From the NCBI RefSeq assembly GCF_001194135.2, contig NC_068989.1, forward strand, positions 36,872,774-36,919,501: 46,728 bases of DNA, in the 5' to 3' direction. Below, piece after piece: positions 10,325-23,424 of the stretch. The position numbers were made by a program, and so were the translations under genes. The DNA is from Octopus bimaculoides (Eukaryota). The notes under the pieces are model-generated. The model searched no databases. It was not told the DNA's origin and saw only the letters and a list, made by a program, of their open reading frames with translations. Each line of letters starts with the position of its first letter. The first letter of the stretch is position 1.

Positions 10325-10784
10325 AGAGAGAGAGGGAGAGAGAGAGAGAAACCACCAACCGCGTTTGAACCCTTAGCCTTGACCACCTGAAAATGATCGG
10401 CCCACAGAGAATACCGTGAGGATCACAGGTATTCGAGTTGATAAAATAAGGCTCATATTCTCATGGTAAAACAGCTCATAACCCTTTAAGTTAGTTTTCC
10501 TCCTCAACAGTTATATCTTTCACATCTATTACTTGTTTCAGCCGCTAGACTGCGGCCACGCTGGGGCATCGCCTTGGCTGTTGTTTAACTCTTGAAAGTT
10601 CCAGATAACCGGATTTCATCTTCTCACACGTCTCAACTCGGCTTTTTCCGAAACATTTTCGCAGCCCCTTCACGTCATTCATCAGTTGGTTGTTTACTCC
10701 AAGAAGTTAGACTAATGGATTCCTCTTTACATGTTCTGTTTGCAATTTTTTTGTTAGGAATATTTTCCCCCTTCCTAATAGCAG

Positions 10785-11010
10785 AGGCGGCGAGCTGGCA
10801 GAATCGTTAGAGCTCCGGACAAAATGCTTAGCGGCATTTCGTCTGTCTTTACGTTCGTTCTAAGTTCAAATTCTGCCGAGGTCGACTTCGTCTTACATCC
10901 TATCATGATCGATAAAATAAGTACCAGTTGAACACTGGGGTCGATTTAATAGACTTATCTCCCCCCCCCCCACCGAAATTGCTGGCCTTGTGCCAAAATT
11001 TGAAACCAAT
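10785..11010 (+). mobile_element. SINE family C, full length
   Basis: GGCGGCGAGCTGGCAGAATCGTTAG...AAATGCTTAGCGGCATTTCG...GGCCTTGTGCCAAAATTTGAAACCAATA. Confidence 0.9.
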
Positions 11011-11639
11011 ATTTTTTCCTAATGGTACTCCCACCCGCTTACTCCCGAGGATTTACCGCACTTTGTTCGTTCTCCGTCGGGTTCGGGCACTGAAGTCAGG
11101 GTGGGTTTTTTTTGTTGTTAAGTCATTCTTGGAACTAAACCGGAATGGTGATGCTGCTCTGCAAACAGCAGAATCTGGGACCCGTTTTTGTCGTTGTAAC
11201 CGTTGTCGTTACCGCTGATGTTGCTGCTGCTGTTGGTATTGTTTTTGTTGTCATTGCTGTTGTTGTGCATGCTGCTGCTGCTGTTGTTGTTATTGTAATT
11301 GTTGTTGCTATTGCTGATGTAATTGTTGTCCATTTTCAGCTTCTCAAGGCCGGAAAGTACCCTTCCCCACCTCATGATTGTTATTACCACTCGTACAACA
11401 GCTGTATTTTGTGCCCTACCCCACCACTCTCTTCATCTTCCTTTCTATACTCACAATGGGTTTACAGCTCTAGGATAGCTTAATAGTATTCATTGAGGAT
11501 CATTAGAGCTAACATGTTCATACAGACTCTACCCAACCCTATCATAGCTGGTCATCTTTGTGCTCATCACTTGCATGTATTATGCCGCAAATATTACAAT
11601 ATGCCAACGATCAACATTGCTAACAATACTCGTTGCCGT

Positions 11640-11860
11640 AAAGGTAGCGAGCTGGCAGAATCGTTAGCATGCCGGGCAAAATGCTTAGGAGCATCTTGTC
11701 CGTGTTTATGTTCTGAGTTCAAATTCTGCCAAGGTCGACTTTGCCTTTCATCCCTTTCGGGGTGGATAAAATAAGTAGCTATTGAGCACTGGGGTCGATC
11801 TAATCGACTTAGCCATTCCTCCAAGCTTGTTGGCCTTGTGCCAAAATTTGAAACCAATAT
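11640..11860 (+). mobile_element. SINE family C, full length
   Basis: Colinear with 10785-11010. Confidence 0.9.
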
Positions 11861-12153
11861 TCTTTGCGATATATATTGGAGTTTTAACTTATGAGCAGGT
11901 ATGTAATGCAGGTGCTCCACCTATTTTCTTGCGTTAATCCCGGTTTTTAACTCCAAGTATAGACTCCCATATGCCTTGCCCTAATTAAGAAATAAAACAC
12001 GATCTCATGCATCGCTTAAAGCTTTCTTCAGGAATTCTTTCGAAGGTAATTGCTTTGCTTACTTGTTCGTGAAGAGATAAGGTACTTTTTCTTTGCCCGT
12101 TCTTACATAAGTCAATCAGGGAAAGAAGTACATTTGTTTGACGATATACTGCT

Positions 12154-12477
12154 GTGAAGGCGCTTGGCTCAGTGGTTTGAACGTCGGGATCACAATCATG
12201 AGGAAGTGAGTTCGATTTCTGGAATGGGGTCTGTGTTGTATTCTTGAGCAACACACTTTACTTCACGTTGCTCCAGTTCACTCAGCTGTAGAACTGAGTT
12301 GCGACGTTACTGGTTCCAAGCTTTATCGGCCTTTGCCTTTCCCTTGGATAACATCGGTGGCGTGGCGTGAAGAGGGGAGGCTGGTATGCGTGGGCAACTG
12401 CTAGTCTTCCACAAAACAACCTTGCCCAGATTTGTGCCTTGAAGGAGAACTTTCTAGGTGCACACCATGGTCATTCC
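12154..12477 (+). mobile_element. SINE family B, full length
   Basis: Colinear with 5623-5958 and 9618-9950. Confidence 0.9.
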
Positions 12478-12734
12478 CTTGGTAATTTTTACTGCCGCCA
12501 TTTTTACTTTCCAAGAGTTTAATAATGTCTTCTACTGTTTAACACTTCTCTTTGAATAGTAATTTAGCAAAGGCGTTACTGTTGTTATTTAATATAAAGT
12601 TGCATATTCTTCTCATTTGACAAATTTTATTTAGCTGCCTGTTTAATTGTTTTTTCCCCCGTTTGTACATTGCATTGGTATCTTCATTGTACCTTTTTTG
12701 GAATGTTTTCAATGTGCGCGTGTGCGCGTGTGTT

Positions 12735-12795
<61 letters not shown>

Positions 12796-13194
12796 NNNNN
12801 NNNNNNNNNNNNNNNNNNNNNNNNNNNNNNNNNNNNNNNNNNNNNNNNNNNNNNNNNNNNNNNNNNNNNNNNNNNNNNNNNNNNNNNNNNNNNNNNNNNN
12901 NNNNNNNNNNNNNNNNNNNNNNNNNNNNNNNNNNNNNNNNNNNNNNNNNNNNNNNNNNNNNNNNNNNNNNNNNNNNNNNNNNNNNNNNNNNNNNNNNNNN
13001 NNNNNNNNNNNNNNNNNNNNNNNNNNNNNNNNNNNNNNNNNNNNNNNNNNNNNNNNNNNNNNNNNNNNNNNNNNNNNNNNNNNNNNNNNNNNNNNNNNNN
13101 NNNNNNNNNNNNNNNNNNNNNNNNNNNNNNNNNNNNNNNNNNNNNNNNNNNNNNNNNNNNNNNNNNNNNNCAGCAATTACAGCGATAATAATGA

Positions 13195-13412
13195 AAATGA
13201 TGGTTTCAAATTTTAGCACAAAGCCAGCGATTTCGGGGGAAGGGTAAGTCGCTACATCGACCCGTTTTCAACTGTTACTTATTTTATCGACTCTGAAAGG
13301 ATGAAAGGCAAAACCGATCCCGGCAGTATTTGAGCTTTAAATGTAAAGTCGCAAAAAATGCTGCTAAGTATTTTTCCCGGTGTGGTAACAATTCTGTTAG
13401 TTCGCCGTCTTA
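13195..13412 (-). mobile_element. SINE family C copy (diverged)
   Basis: TGGTTTCAAATTTTAGCACAAAGCCAGC...GAAAGGATGAAAGGCAAAACCGA...GTTAGTTCGCCGTC. Confidence 0.8.
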
Positions 13413-13426
13413 ATGATAATAATAAT

Positions 13427-13466
<40 letters not shown>

Positions 13467-13468
<2 letters not shown>

Positions 13469-13900
13469 AATAATAATAATAATAATAATTTCTTTATTAA
13501 CTATTAAGGGTTTACAAAGCGATCGAGGATGTTACAGGACAATACAGTGTGGGATTATGTGAAAGAGCGCGTAAACAGAAAAAAAACAACAGTAAAAGTT
13601 TTAATATTGAATAATTCCCTAAAAGAGGGAGACTTCAGAGGGTGGAAATACCACAAAGCCACAGTTACTCTGACCATTAAAGCAAGACCCTTTTCTCTGT
13701 TTTTTCTTCTTCAATCTACAGGTGTATGCTTAAAGTATGCCCATTCACTCGGTCTATCTTCGCTACTCTTACCCACTTTCAACAAATTTACTAGGAGGCA
13801 GCACTTCTCTTTCTACCCTCAAGTGTCACTGTGCACAAAAGAGACGACAGAGGACAACCTTGACGGACCGAGTGCATGATGCTGAATGGTTCCGATGGGT
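13467..13900 (-). mobile_element. L1/Tx1-type LINE remnant: an RT motif joined to the C-terminal tail and 3' UTR ending in (ATT)n
   Basis: Minus strand IMHSVRQGCPLS (RT motif), then HLRVEREVLPPSKFVE..WVRVAKIDRVNG with a frameshift, then AATAAAGAAATTATTATT. Confidence 0.65.
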
Positions 13901-14044
13901 AACATTCGGTAGTTCATAAAAGTTGGTTTTTCATCTTAAAATAAGGTAATCCAATTCTTTCCCCCTTAAATTGATATTGAATTTGTGCCTTAATGTTTCA
14001 GTTTTGCTCATCGTTTGGTTATCTGCATTTTTTCCTAGTTTTTC

Positions 14045-15185
14045 AGTCAAAAGGGACATCAATGGTTACGAAAGCTGCACCCACTTTTGCAACACTAATG
14101 ATGCGATTTCTAGAAGAAAAAATGTCCTACCCAGGATTACTTTTGATCAGCACTTTTAATTGAAGATAAAAGAAAACTCGAAAAAGATTCCTGGATGACT
14201 TTTCACAACTTTACAAGATTCCTTAAATTAATCAATAACATTCTTGAATCGATCCCATCCACAACGGAAATGAATGAAAAAGAACTCCCAGTTTTAGACA
14301 TTTCGACAATTAAGGAAAAATAGTCTAATACAACCGATCTCTACTGCATGCACACGGATACACACCAATATTTTATATCTTGTCGTATAGTGCATACTAA
14401 TGAAATATCCCATTTTATACGGCAAGAGTACATGTAAAATAGTTACAGACTCAAGTCAATGGGAAGGACGACTTAGAACTAAAAATATTCTCCCCGGAAC
14501 CAAAAATACCCAGAAAACTTATTAAATCATGCTATAGACAAGGCAAAAAAACTCTAATCTCTTTGTGAGAAACTGTCACAATGAGGGGAAAGACACCAAA
14601 ATATCTCATTTGTAATCATCCACAATCCCAGAAAGTACAACGTTTTATACTTGGTAAAATGAATCTGTCAAATTCTACTCTATTAATCAAATCCAGGAAA
14701 TATAATTAAAGAGCCACGGATTATTAACAGCTGAAGGCAACCATCCCACTAACAAATCTTAAGAAAACTCTTGAAAAGGGCGAAATTCAAATCAGAAGAA
14801 ACAATACAGGGGAAAAAATGTGACAGACTCTGTTGTGGGATGTGTGTGTTGTTTGAACAGAGTAAAATCAAAATAGTCGAAGATGGAAACGAATTTAAGG
14901 TTAATGCAAATATGAATTGCAAAACAAAAATTCCAGTTTACTGCATCATATCTTCATAATACAATGCAAACTATATCAGCCAAAAAAAGAATAAAATTAA
15001 CGGGCTAATTAGGGTGCATAAATAACAAATCAAAGACCCACATGTTAGGAATGTTCCTTGTAGTGAACATCTTGACATTTTGCAAAGGGAAATTCACAAA
15101 TCTTTTTTCAGAACAAACGAAGAGAATGATCAATTACGAAAGGCAAAAGTAGAATATTTATACAGACTTTCAATCAATAAATAAA
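14045..15185 (+). mobile_element. Penelope-like element remnant: RT C-terminal half, thumb and GIY-YIG endonuclease, heavily disrupted
   Basis: KGTSMVTKAAPTFATLMMRFLEEK, EKELPVLDI, TDLYCMHTDTHQY, then NMNCKTKIPVYCII..YNANYISQ...VHK.QIKDPHVRNVPCSEHL (GIY-YIG). Confidence 0.8.
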
Positions 15186-15194
15186 GCGGAAATA

Positions 15195-15915
15195 ACCACA
15201 TGGTTTTAGGTTCAGTCCCTTGGGCAAGTGTCTTCTACTATAGCCTCGGGCCGACCAAAGCCTTGTGAGTGGATTTGGTAGACAGAAACTGAAAGAAGCC
15301 CGTCGTATTTGGACTTTCGTATGTCTCCTGTTTCCGAAGAAGAGCTATGATCGAAACGTAAAACAACCACTCTTTCCTTCTCTGAGCGTCCTATGTGCTA
15401 CGTCATCACGTTGTTGTTTTTTCTTGTCTGTTTTCTCCGTTTAAAAAAATCATATGTATATATACATATATATACATNNNNNNNNNNNNNNNNNNNNNNN
15501 NNNNNNNNNNNNNNNNNNNNNNNNNNNNNNNNNNNNNNNNNNNNNNNNNNNNNNNNNNNNNNNNNNNNNNNNNNNNNNNNNNNNNNNNNNNNNNNNNNNN
15601 NNNNNNNNNNNNNNNNNNNNNNNNNNNNNNNNNNNNNNNNNNNNNNNNNNNNNNNNNNNNNNNNNNNNNNNNNNATATATGTCTGTGTGTCTTTGTGTGT
15701 GTTTGTCCCCACCCGTCATCGTTTGACAACCGATAGTGGTGTGTTTATGTCCCGGTAATCTAGCGCGATTCGCAAAAGAAACCAATAGAATAAGTACTAG
15801 GTTAACAAAAAGTAAGTCCAAGAGTCGATTTCTTCGATTAAGACCCTTTAAGGCGGTGCTCCAGCATGGCCGCAGTCAAATGACTGAAACGTGTAAAAGA
15901 ATAAAAGAATAAAAG
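15195..15915 (+). mobile_element. SINE family A copy with a nested hammerhead-bearing PLE-type terminal fragment (about 15308-15450)
   Basis: The head ends GAAAGAAGCCCGTCGTA, followed by a non-SINE insert, (TA)n and a gap, then the SINE tail GTGTTTGTCCCC...GGCGGTGCTCCAGCATGGCCGCAGTC. Confidence 0.8.
15329..15365 (+). ncRNA. Minimal type I hammerhead motif with a core mutation (CCGAAGA, U4C)
   Basis: TGTTT-CCGAAGA-A-GAGCTATGATC-GAAA-CG-TA-AAACA. Stem I TGTTT/AAACA; stem III is the palindrome ACGT. Confidence 0.55.
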
Positions 15916-16104
15916 AATACTGATATGTATTCTTAGTGTTTATTGCCTCCTTACAATAATATAGTCAGGTAATACGAAACTCATTACTTTAGAATCTTTT
16001 ACGAGGAGACGAGACTTGTAGCATCTGGCCATATTATAAAAAGAAAATAAACACTATTTATTCTTAAGTCTGTAACCTTGAATAATTTCTTACTGTGGAT
16101 TTGC

Positions 16105-16344
16105 ACGACCACCTGATTAGAATCACTGACTGACTGACTAACTGACTGACTGACTGACTCACTCACTCACTGAGTGACTGACTGACTGACTGAATGACTG
16201 ACTCACTGACTGATTGACTCACTGACTGATTGACTGACTGACTCACTGACTGATTCATTGACTGACTGACTGACTGACTGACTGACTTACTCACTCACTC
16301 ACTCAATGAGTGACTGACTGACTGACTGACTGACTCACTGACTA

Positions 16345-16375
<31 letters not shown>

Positions 16376-16424
16376 GACTGACTAACTGACTGACTGACTG
16401 ACTGACTGACTGACTCACTGACTA

Positions 16425-16455
<31 letters not shown>

Positions 16456-16659
16456 GACTGACTGACTGAATGACTGACTGACTGACTGATTGACTGACTG
16501 ACTGATTGACTGACTGACTGACTCACTGACTAACTGACGGACTGACTGACTGACTGACTAACTGACTGACTGACTGACTGACTGACTCACTCACTCACTC
16601 ACTCACTCACTGAGTGACTGACTGACTGACTGAATGACTGACTCACTGACTGATTGACT
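16105..16659. repeat. (TGAC)n/(TCAC)n tetranucleotide microsatellite running into a gap
   Basis: Direct reading. Confidence 0.95.
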
Positions 16660-17090
16660 NNNNNNNNNNNNNNNNNNNNNNNNNNNNNNNNNNNNNNNNN
16701 NNNNNNNNNNNNNNNNNNNNNNNNNNNNNNNNNNNNNNNNNNNNNNNNNNNNNNNNNNNNNNNNNNNNNNNNNNNNNNNNNNNNNNNNNNNNNNNNNNNN
16801 NNNNNNNNNNNNNNNNNNNNNNNNNNNNNNNNNNNNNNNNNNNNNNNNNNNNNNNNNNNNNNNNNNNNNNNNNNNNNNNNNNNNNNNNNNNNNNNNNNNN
16901 NNNNNNNNNNNNNNNNNNNNNNNNNNNNNNNNNNNNNNNNNNNNNNNNNNNNNNNNNNNNNNNNNNNNNNNNNNNNNNNNNNNNNNNNNNNNNNNNNNNN
17001 NNNNNNNNNNNNNNNNNNNNNNNNNNNNNNNNNNNNNNNNNNNNNNNNNNNNNNNNNNNNNNNNNNNNNNNNNNNNNNNNNNNNNNNNNN

Positions 17091-17775
17091 TCTATCTATC
17101 TATCTATCTATCTATCTGTCTATCTGTCTATCTATCTATCTATCTATCTGCCTGTCGTGTGTTTATCTGTCTATCTGTCTGTCTGTCTGCCTGCCTGCCT
17201 GCCTGCCTTCCTGCTTGCCTGTCTGCCTGTTTGCCGTCTGTCTGTCTGTCTGTCTGTCTGTCTACCTGCCTGCCTGCCTGCCTACCTGTTTGCCTGCCTG
17301 CCCATCTTTCTGTCTGTCTGTTTGTCTCTCTCTCTTTCTCTTTCTTTCTCTCTATCTCTCTCTCTCTCTCCCTCTCTCCCCCTCTCTCTCTCCCTCTCTG
17401 TGTATGTGCATGTATGTGTGCAACGGTATGTATATGTTTGTGTGCAAGTGTGAGTGTATGTGTGCTCGTATGTGTTTGTATGTGTGTGTGTGTGTGTGTG
17501 TGAGTGTGTGTGTTTGTGTGTGTGATAACAGCAGCAGCTGTAGGAGCCATAACAGATCATCGTCATCCCCACCACCACCACCACCACCATTGTCATTGTC
17601 ACTATCATCATCCTCATTTCCATCATCGTTATCATCATCGTCATTATCTTATCATCGTCGTCGTCGTCATCATCATCATCATCATCACCATCAAGAGCAT
17701 TGTCGTAGTCGTCGTCGTCGTCGTCATCCTCATCCTCATCATGAGTGTTGTCGTCGTCGTCGTCATCATCACCAT

Positions 17776-17816
<41 letters not shown>

Positions 17817-17830
17817 GCAGAGAGCAATAG
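17091..17830. repeat. Compound microsatellite: (TCTA)(TCTG)(CCTG)(CT)(TG)(CAC/CAT/CGT/CAG)
   Basis: Direct reading; accounts for all the ORFs listed at 16654-17899. Confidence 0.95.
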
Positions 17831-17984
17831 TCTGGTAATATACCTGCCATTAGCTAACATAAAACCGAAAAAGACACTCTGACGCAAGGAACAAAACAAA
17901 CAGTTAATATTAACGATCAGTTGGATGGATCGATGGATCGATGGATCAACGCATTAAATATTATGCAATATATAGCTGCGGCTC

Positions 17985-18110
17985 TTTACATTCTGAGATC
18001 AAATCTTGTCGAGGTCAACCTGGCCTTTCATTCTTCCCGATTCTATAAAATAAAGTACCAGTCAAGCACTGAAGTCGATTTAATCGATTATACCCTCTAC
18101 CCTTAAATTT
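17985..18110 (+). mobile_element. SINE family C fragment
   Basis: TTTACATTCTGAGATCAAATCTTGTCGAGGTCAACCTGGCCTTTCATTC...AAAGTACCAGTC. Confidence 0.75.
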
Positions 18111-18840
18111 GTGTCTTCCTACTTAAGATAGAAATCGATATTGGAATAATGGAAATGCTATAGCTTGGAATTGACATCTACATGAAGAATACAGATATTG
18201 GAGCGGCTCAATGTACTCCATGACATCATAAAATACTTGACTACATCTCACTACAATAAAGTTTAAAATTACTGTACCACGCATAAGCAAACATGAGTCT
18301 CTATATGGCTACTCATCCTGTTAGAAATAGCAGCTAAATCTTCCTCAAATCAAGGTTTACCTTTTTAAAACAGAACACGTTGACTTATGTAGTCCGGGGT
18401 ACACTATACTTGAAAAATGTTTGGATGGGTATGGCTCATGGCGGTGCAATGCCTGGGCTCCTTGTAGCCTTGCCCAGGATTGTAAAATCTAATTTCAATG
18501 TAATCTCATACATACCCTGAAGATTTTGTATGAAGTCAAATAAGAAAGCATATAATGTTCCAAAACAATGACGTATATGTTAATTTTTAATAGGTTTCGA
18601 GTCAGATTTGAACGCGAAAATATTAATCGCTGATGTATTTTGTCTTCGGAGAACATCCAAGAGAACATATTCATTCAAACGTAGGTATCCCTTCTTCATA
18701 CGCCTCGGGGCAGATTTTGGGTGTGAATATGTTAGTTGCTATTGTATTTTGTCTTCCAACACCTTTTCCTTTCAGAAATACGTGTTCGCTCGGATGTACA
18801 TATTCACTCTTAATAGTTCCTGCCGGAAAGTATTAACAAA

Positions 18841-18992
18841 CACTAGTGTAGTTAGGGGTGGGGGTGGTAAGGGCGGCACATTTAAAGGGGTACTACTTTT
18901 GGGTCTGCTGTAGGCAATATGTATTTTTTGTGGGGTACGGGGGCGGCAAATGGAAGGTCCGCCCCGGCAGCAGACACTCTAGCTATGCTATG
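18841..18992. mobile_element. hAT-type MITE (152 bp) with a near-perfect 8-bp TSD
   Basis: Ends CACTAGTGTAGTTAG and CTAGCTATGCTATG are degenerate inverted repeats. Flanks TTAACAAA (18833-18840) and TTAACAAT (18993-19000) match at 7 of 8 bases. Confidence 0.6.
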
Positions 18993-20054
18993 TTAACAAT
19001 GAATATATACATCATGGTTTTGCTGTTCGCCGTGCAATATCATATTTGTTTTACATTGAACTTGTAGCGAGACCCCAGCTGAGATTTGAACAATAGCTCT
19101 CAGGTTTTTCCAGTCTAGAACCACAGTATATTTCCATACAAGTAAAAGTGTCTCATAAAAAAGTATTAACATTTACACAAATATCATGGCTGAGGTGGCA
19201 ATCTTCAAAGGAAGTGTGCGAGTTTTCCCACCAAACAGTCTGGCCAAAGATTCGAGAACTTTCGAATCAATAGTGTTAAACGGACGAGTGAATTCAACAT
19301 TAGGCAGAACTATCCAGGTTTATATGAGTCGTATTACTTTTCCTCTGTATGGTAATCTCTCACCCCTCACCTTACTTAATGGATCAGAGAGCCACTAAGC
19401 CGCCTATGCTCTCTCTCACTCCCTTTCACTTTTGAGTGTCATCCTTATGTCGTATTTCACAAAAGGCACTAACCTTTTACTTGTAATGCGTTCAGTTACA
19501 CATTAATTATATTCAGCAGTTAATTTCCTTACTACCTTCATCATATTATCCAGCAAGTTATATACGGAGATTCCTAATCGTTATGTTCATTGAACATTGA
19601 TCCAATAGTTTATTGGATTTACATTTGTAAACATAATGCAGGTTAATTAAACATTTGGAAACCCAAACTTTAGTGTGGTCATTGTGTACACACGCAGTCG
19701 TCCTAACTTGGGAATCTTCCTAACTTGTGAATATAAGACTAACCACTACACTAAATGTGACTTGAATCTTGTTACAAATTTAGACATCCACACAGACTCA
19801 ATTGTACAACCGTTTTTTAAACAAAAAAGATAATTAACAATGTTATTGTTTTGAAAACCCATTGAATAATTTTCATTGAACTACGTTGATCAATGATGAA
19901 ATAGCTCATTTAGTATAGAAAAACAGTTTTGTTGCATGTACGCATACACGCATGCAAGTCTGTCTGTCTGTCTGAATGCATGTATGTATGCTTGTATAGC
20001 CACAAATATTTAGACACAAGTCAATACACTCGCAAACATACGAACGCATATGTA

Positions 20055-21234
20055 CAGGGGGTACTAAAAATGTACACATACGTTGAAAGATTGTAAAGTC
20101 AGTGTTTATCAAAAAACATTTCATTTTTCAAATTTTAATACAGTTAGAATTTATAATTTTTTTTATGAATGCCTGTTTTCAAACTGATGATCTTTCTGGT
20201 CCATGCATTGCTCAAAAAGCGGAGTAATGAAATCGAAAACATCAAGGGGATTTGTGTGCATTCTTGTTTAATGGCTGCCCTCAGTTCGTCGACTGTAGCA
20301 GGTTTTGTACTGTAAGCTTTATCTGTTAAGTATCCCCATTAAAAAGTAAAGCGGTGAGACGAACTTCTTCGTCCAATCTAACTGTTTGGCAAAACCTCAT
20401 CAAAGTAGGGCCCTTACATGACAATGATTGTGTGGGGATGCCCCATCTTGTTGGAAATAAAACTCCACATCTTCAAAGTCCTCTTGAATGCTTGTCAGGA
20501 CAGATTGTTGCAGTAAGTTCAAGTAAATGGGACCAATCACAGTACTTAAAAAAAGAATGGTCCAATTAATGATTTTGATCATAAACTGTACCACAATGCA
20601 TCTCCTGATAAATTAACATGATGTTCCTCCGTAATATGCGGTTTCTTAGGTTCCTAGGTGGTAAATTAAGACTGTTAATTGAGCCATTTAATTTAAATGT
20701 AGCCATATTATTCCAAACTATTTTTGTTGGAAAGTGGGGCATCTACACATCTTGCCTAGTACCATTCACGAAACCAGATCTACGGTCCGGATCATCTTCA
20801 TTTAGCGAATTGACTATTCTTAGAATGTAACTTTTTCAATGACAGCGATGGACGTTTGATTTTGAAATTCTTATCTCAGGGCTGACTTAAAGCTCAGATT
20901 TTCTTGAACACGTTTCTAGTAACCTTTCTTACTTTGTGGGGCTCGTCAAAATCTGCGGTCTTCCAGAACGTTTCTTGTGGACATCTGCTTCAAACTTATC
21001 TGTAATTCGAGTGGTGCTATGTCACATAAGTAGATCTATCTGAAACTCCTTCCTTAACTGTCTTAGTAATTTGGCTGCGCTTTTTGAAATTTCCACTAGC
21101 ATTTTAGGACAAATTTCCTTTATCCAAAGAGTAGTCTAGCTGTCTTCACTAATTCTAGTGGGTTAAATCTAAAAAGTAATGAAAATTGAGTTACCAGCTG
21201 TTAAAGTATATATACATTCTTTTACGACGTCCTG
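20055..21234 (-). mobile_element. Tc1/mariner DNA transposon with both TIRs, decayed transposase
   Basis: TA|CAGGGGGTACTAAAAATGTACACATACGTT and AAAGTATATATACATTCTTTTACGACGTCCTG|TA are imperfect TIRs with a TA TSD. Minus strand reads [49 protein letters not shown]. Confidence 0.85.
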
Positions 21235-21779
21235 TATATATATNNNNNNNNNNNNNNNNNNNNNNNNNNNNNNNNNNNNNNNNNNNNNNNNNNNNNNNNN
21301 NNNNNNNNNNNNNNNNNNNNNNNNNNNNNNNNNNNNNNNNNNNNNNNNNNNNNNNNNNNNNNNNNNNNNNNNNNNNNNNNNNNNNNNNNNNNNNNNNNNN
21401 NNNNNNNNNNNNNNNNNNNNNNNNNNNNNNNNNNNNNNNNNNNNNNNNNNNNNNNNNNNNNNNNNNNNNNNNNNNNNNNNNNNNNNNNNNNNNNNNNNNN
21501 NNNNNNNNNNNNNNNNNNNNNNNNNNNNNNNNNNNNNNNNNNNNNNNNNNNNNNNNNNNNNNNNNNNNNNNNNNNNNNNNNNNNNNNNNNNNNNNNNNNN
21601 NNNNNNNNNNNNNNNNNNNNNNNNNNNNNNNNNNNNNNNNNNNNNNNNNNNNNNNNNNNNNNNNNNNNNNNNNNNNNNNNNNNNNNNNNNNNNNNNNNNN
21701 NNNNNNNNNNNNNNNNNNNNNNNNNNNNNNNNNNNNNNNNNNNNNNNNNNNNNNNNNNNNNNNNNNNNNNNNNNNNNNN

Positions 21780-21832
<53 letters not shown>

Positions 21833-21929
21833 ACACACACACAAGCTACATCTGCTAATTAGAAAAAAAAAAGAAAAATGACCAAGGAAAAACAAAAATA
21901 TCAAGCAGAAAAAAAGAACAGAGTTTCAT

Positions 21930-22577
21930 TCACCAAAAGCCGTCCCCCAAATATATTCAGCCAGATACATTAAACAAACAGGTGACCAATTCCGATAATG
22001 GCCTGTAGGTAGCTACTGAAGTACCGTAAACTAGGTGGTGTGATGCCCATTATCTATGCCACTTACAATATCACTTTGGGCTTCATAAACAAGGCTCTGG
22101 CACTGCAAAGCCGACGGCTAGTCTCATACCAGACGATACTGCTGACACAGTAGTCCAGAAGTTTTGAATGGAGGTTAGTGAGTTAGGAGTTGTGGGGCCG
22201 TATGATCTTGAAAATTCTCGGCCATTCACTCCTGGATCACGACAGCCATGCGGGAAGGTACGAAGTTCCGCCGAACATATACGACCTTCCTTGGCCCATA
22301 TCCTCGATCCAGGATTTGAACTCCGAATCTAGCCGCTCGCTGTCGATAGCGGTATTGATCCTGAAGCGGCAAACACGGCCTTCGTTGCTCACAGCACTGT
22401 AAGGCCATCACAGACAACGGGAACTGTGCATGCGTAGTCATGGATGACATCGCAAGACCTGTGCAAATCCACAAGATCGAAGTTCTCATAGAAGAAACAG
22501 AGAACGGCGAGTTTGTCAGGGTGTTTGGCCTTGTTTAACAAGTGATTCTACCCGAAGCGAGGACATAGGTAGTCCAT
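21930..22577 (-). pseudogene. Unassigned decayed reading frame (about 210 codons; stops and a frameshift), GC- and CpG-rich
   Basis: MDYLCPRFG*NHLLNKAKHPDKLAVLCFFYENFDLVDLHRSCDVIHDYACTVPVVCDGLTVL / SNEGRVCRFRINTAIDSERLDSEFKSWIEDMGQGRSYMFGGTSYLPAWLS*SRSEWPRIFKIIRPHNS*LTNLHSKLLDYCVSSIVWYETSRRLCSARALFMKPKVIL*VA*IMGITPPSLRYFSSYLQAIIGIGHLFV. Protein-like composition; family not recognised. Confidence 0.3.
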
Positions 22578-22969
22578 TTTTCAACACGTCATTTGAAGTT
22601 TTGACCTTTCGCCATAATGGTATTCGGTAATATAAGTTTTCTGTCTTTTTAACTTTCGGTAATCTATGTTATTAAGGTTTTAAAATTTGGCCTACTCACG
22701 TTTCGTCTCATGATCCAAAACCCTTTAGCGATATATAGATCCTGTTGATCGCTTATACTGTAAGTACATGGACAACCATGTTCGTGAAGCGAGTTGCATG
22801 AGACATGACTCATCATCTGATGGGCTGCACTACTAAAAAAATTTCAAGGTGATTTTTCGTTGGTGCTCCATTCAGAAAGTTTCATGAGCTGAAGTTTGTC
22901 TACGACTGGCTTATAGGATGCACTTTTTCTTTTACTTTTACAAAATACAGTAAGAAATAATAACATAGG

Positions 22970-23400
22970 CCCGTGGTTCCCAAACTTTTTAGAGACGCGA
23001 CCCACTATTTATGACACCAGTTTATGGTGACCCACTTAACTCAACTGGGTAAAAACATTAATGAAAGAAAAAAATTTATTTCAGATTACATTTTCATTGA
23101 GGCCTGTGAGAAGGATGAGCCTGTTTCTTGCTACGCTCAAGAATAGAATTAACAGCAGGTTCAATGCGTGATAGTTTCAGCCGTAAAGAATTTGAGAGCT
23201 GTAGTTTATTTCGAAATTTGCTTTTAATCCCAACCATTGCTGAAAATGTCATAGGTCATAGGTAGTCCTCATTTGGGGTTATAAGTGACTTACGTAAAAT
23301 CTTCACCCTTTAAGATGTAGGTAACCTTTCAAGACTTATTTTACGAAAAAGTCTGCGATATCAGGAAATTCAATAAGTAACAAGGAAGTGAATATCAAGA
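22970..23400 (-). mobile_element. hAT Charlie/Buster-type transposon 3' end (dimerisation domain plus TIR)
   Basis: TIR CCCGTGGTTCCCAAACTTTTT at 22970. Minus strand reads FSAMVGIKSKFRNKLQLSNSLRLKLSRIEP...KQAHPS. Confidence 0.75.
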
Positions 23401-23424
23401 ACATACAGTGCATATGTATCTAAT

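Noticed and set aside
10640-10690. Minus-strand CTGATGA...GAAA hammerhead-like spacing
   Set aside because: No stem II or stem I complementarity.
17140-17899. His-, Asp-, Val- and Ser-rich ORFs
   Set aside because: They are translations of compound microsatellites, open in several frames on both strands.
22690-22825. 8-bp inverted repeat GTCTCATG/CATGAGAC next to GAAACG, resembling a hammerhead with a long stem II
   Set aside because: The core reads ATGATGA with a 5-nt insertion, and no stem I forms.
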